Shown here: positions 63,688 to 64,000 of the stretch, piece after piece
Layout: each line of letters starts with the position of its first letter
Position numbering within the stretch: position 1 is the first letter of the stretch
Program-made: the position numbers and the translations under genes
Origin: Octopus sinensis
Taxonomy: Eukaryota
Assembly (NCBI RefSeq): GCF_006345805.1
Contig: NC_043026.1
Location: 1,612,001-1,676,000, forward strand
Length of the DNA: 64,000 nucleotides
Reading direction: 5' to 3'
The notes under the pieces: model-generated
Told to the model about the DNA's origin: nothing
Seen by the model: the letters and a program-made list of their open reading frames with translations, nothing else
The model's database searches: none

Positions 63688-64000
63688 TGTGGTGTTGGTG
63701 AGAGGATGACAGATAGGGGAGGGCAGAAGTAGGGCTTGCAGGGCGCATGCACGGGAGGAAGCGGAAGCGGGAGCGACAACGCACATGTGGGATCAACGAA
63801 CAGGAGTTGCAGCTGAGACGACCAAGGCACCAGACGTATCGAGCTGGCTGAGAGGGATCTGAACTAATCTTCGCCGAGGTAAGGCCTGATTGTATTTCCA
63901 TTCTCCTTTTTTCTGTTGTCCTCTTTCATCGTTCACACCACAAGCTATTTCGGCATATAAACAATCGGTTTTATAAATAAAAAGGATGCAGAGTGCTCGG
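63688..64000 (+). mobile_element. Possible LTR, cut by the window edge
   Basis: Abrupt AT-to-GC switch starting TGTGG, CpG-rich body, AATAAA at 63976. No second copy to confirm. Confidence 0.3.

Overview
AT-rich, microsatellite- and retroposon-dense animal genomic DNA. The SINE/LINE families look like those of Octopus, but the organism is an inference. There is one clear host gene: an intact, minus-strand serine/threonine protein phosphatase 4 catalytic subunit (PPP4C), reconstructed by hand as 8 coding exons, complement(join(16874..16924,20273..20351,22037..22226,25479..25605,32470..32643,39016..39168,40881..41004,46420..46445)). That is 924 nt and 307 aa, with GT-AG introns and all phases consistent. 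Almost everything else is mobile DNA: a young near-full RTE LINE with a PHD finger inside ORF2 and a triplicated 3'UTR, several Penelope-like elements (PLE), a Ty3/Gypsy remnant with PPT and LTR, a Tx1/L1-type LINE, CR1, R4-like and I/Jockey-like fragments, mariner, hAT and piggyBac-type elements, and many tRNA-derived SINEs. The least-explained signals are (i) a 244-bp module with perfect 29-bp inverted ends enclosing a hammerhead-ribozyme-like core, plus four other decayed hammerhead-like motifs; (ii) tRNA-like Pol III cassettes enclosed by inverted repeats; and (iii) long palindromes, one probably in the PPP4C 3'UTR. I see no CRISPR array, rRNA or prokaryotic system. All folds and family assignments were made by eye and need computational confirmation.
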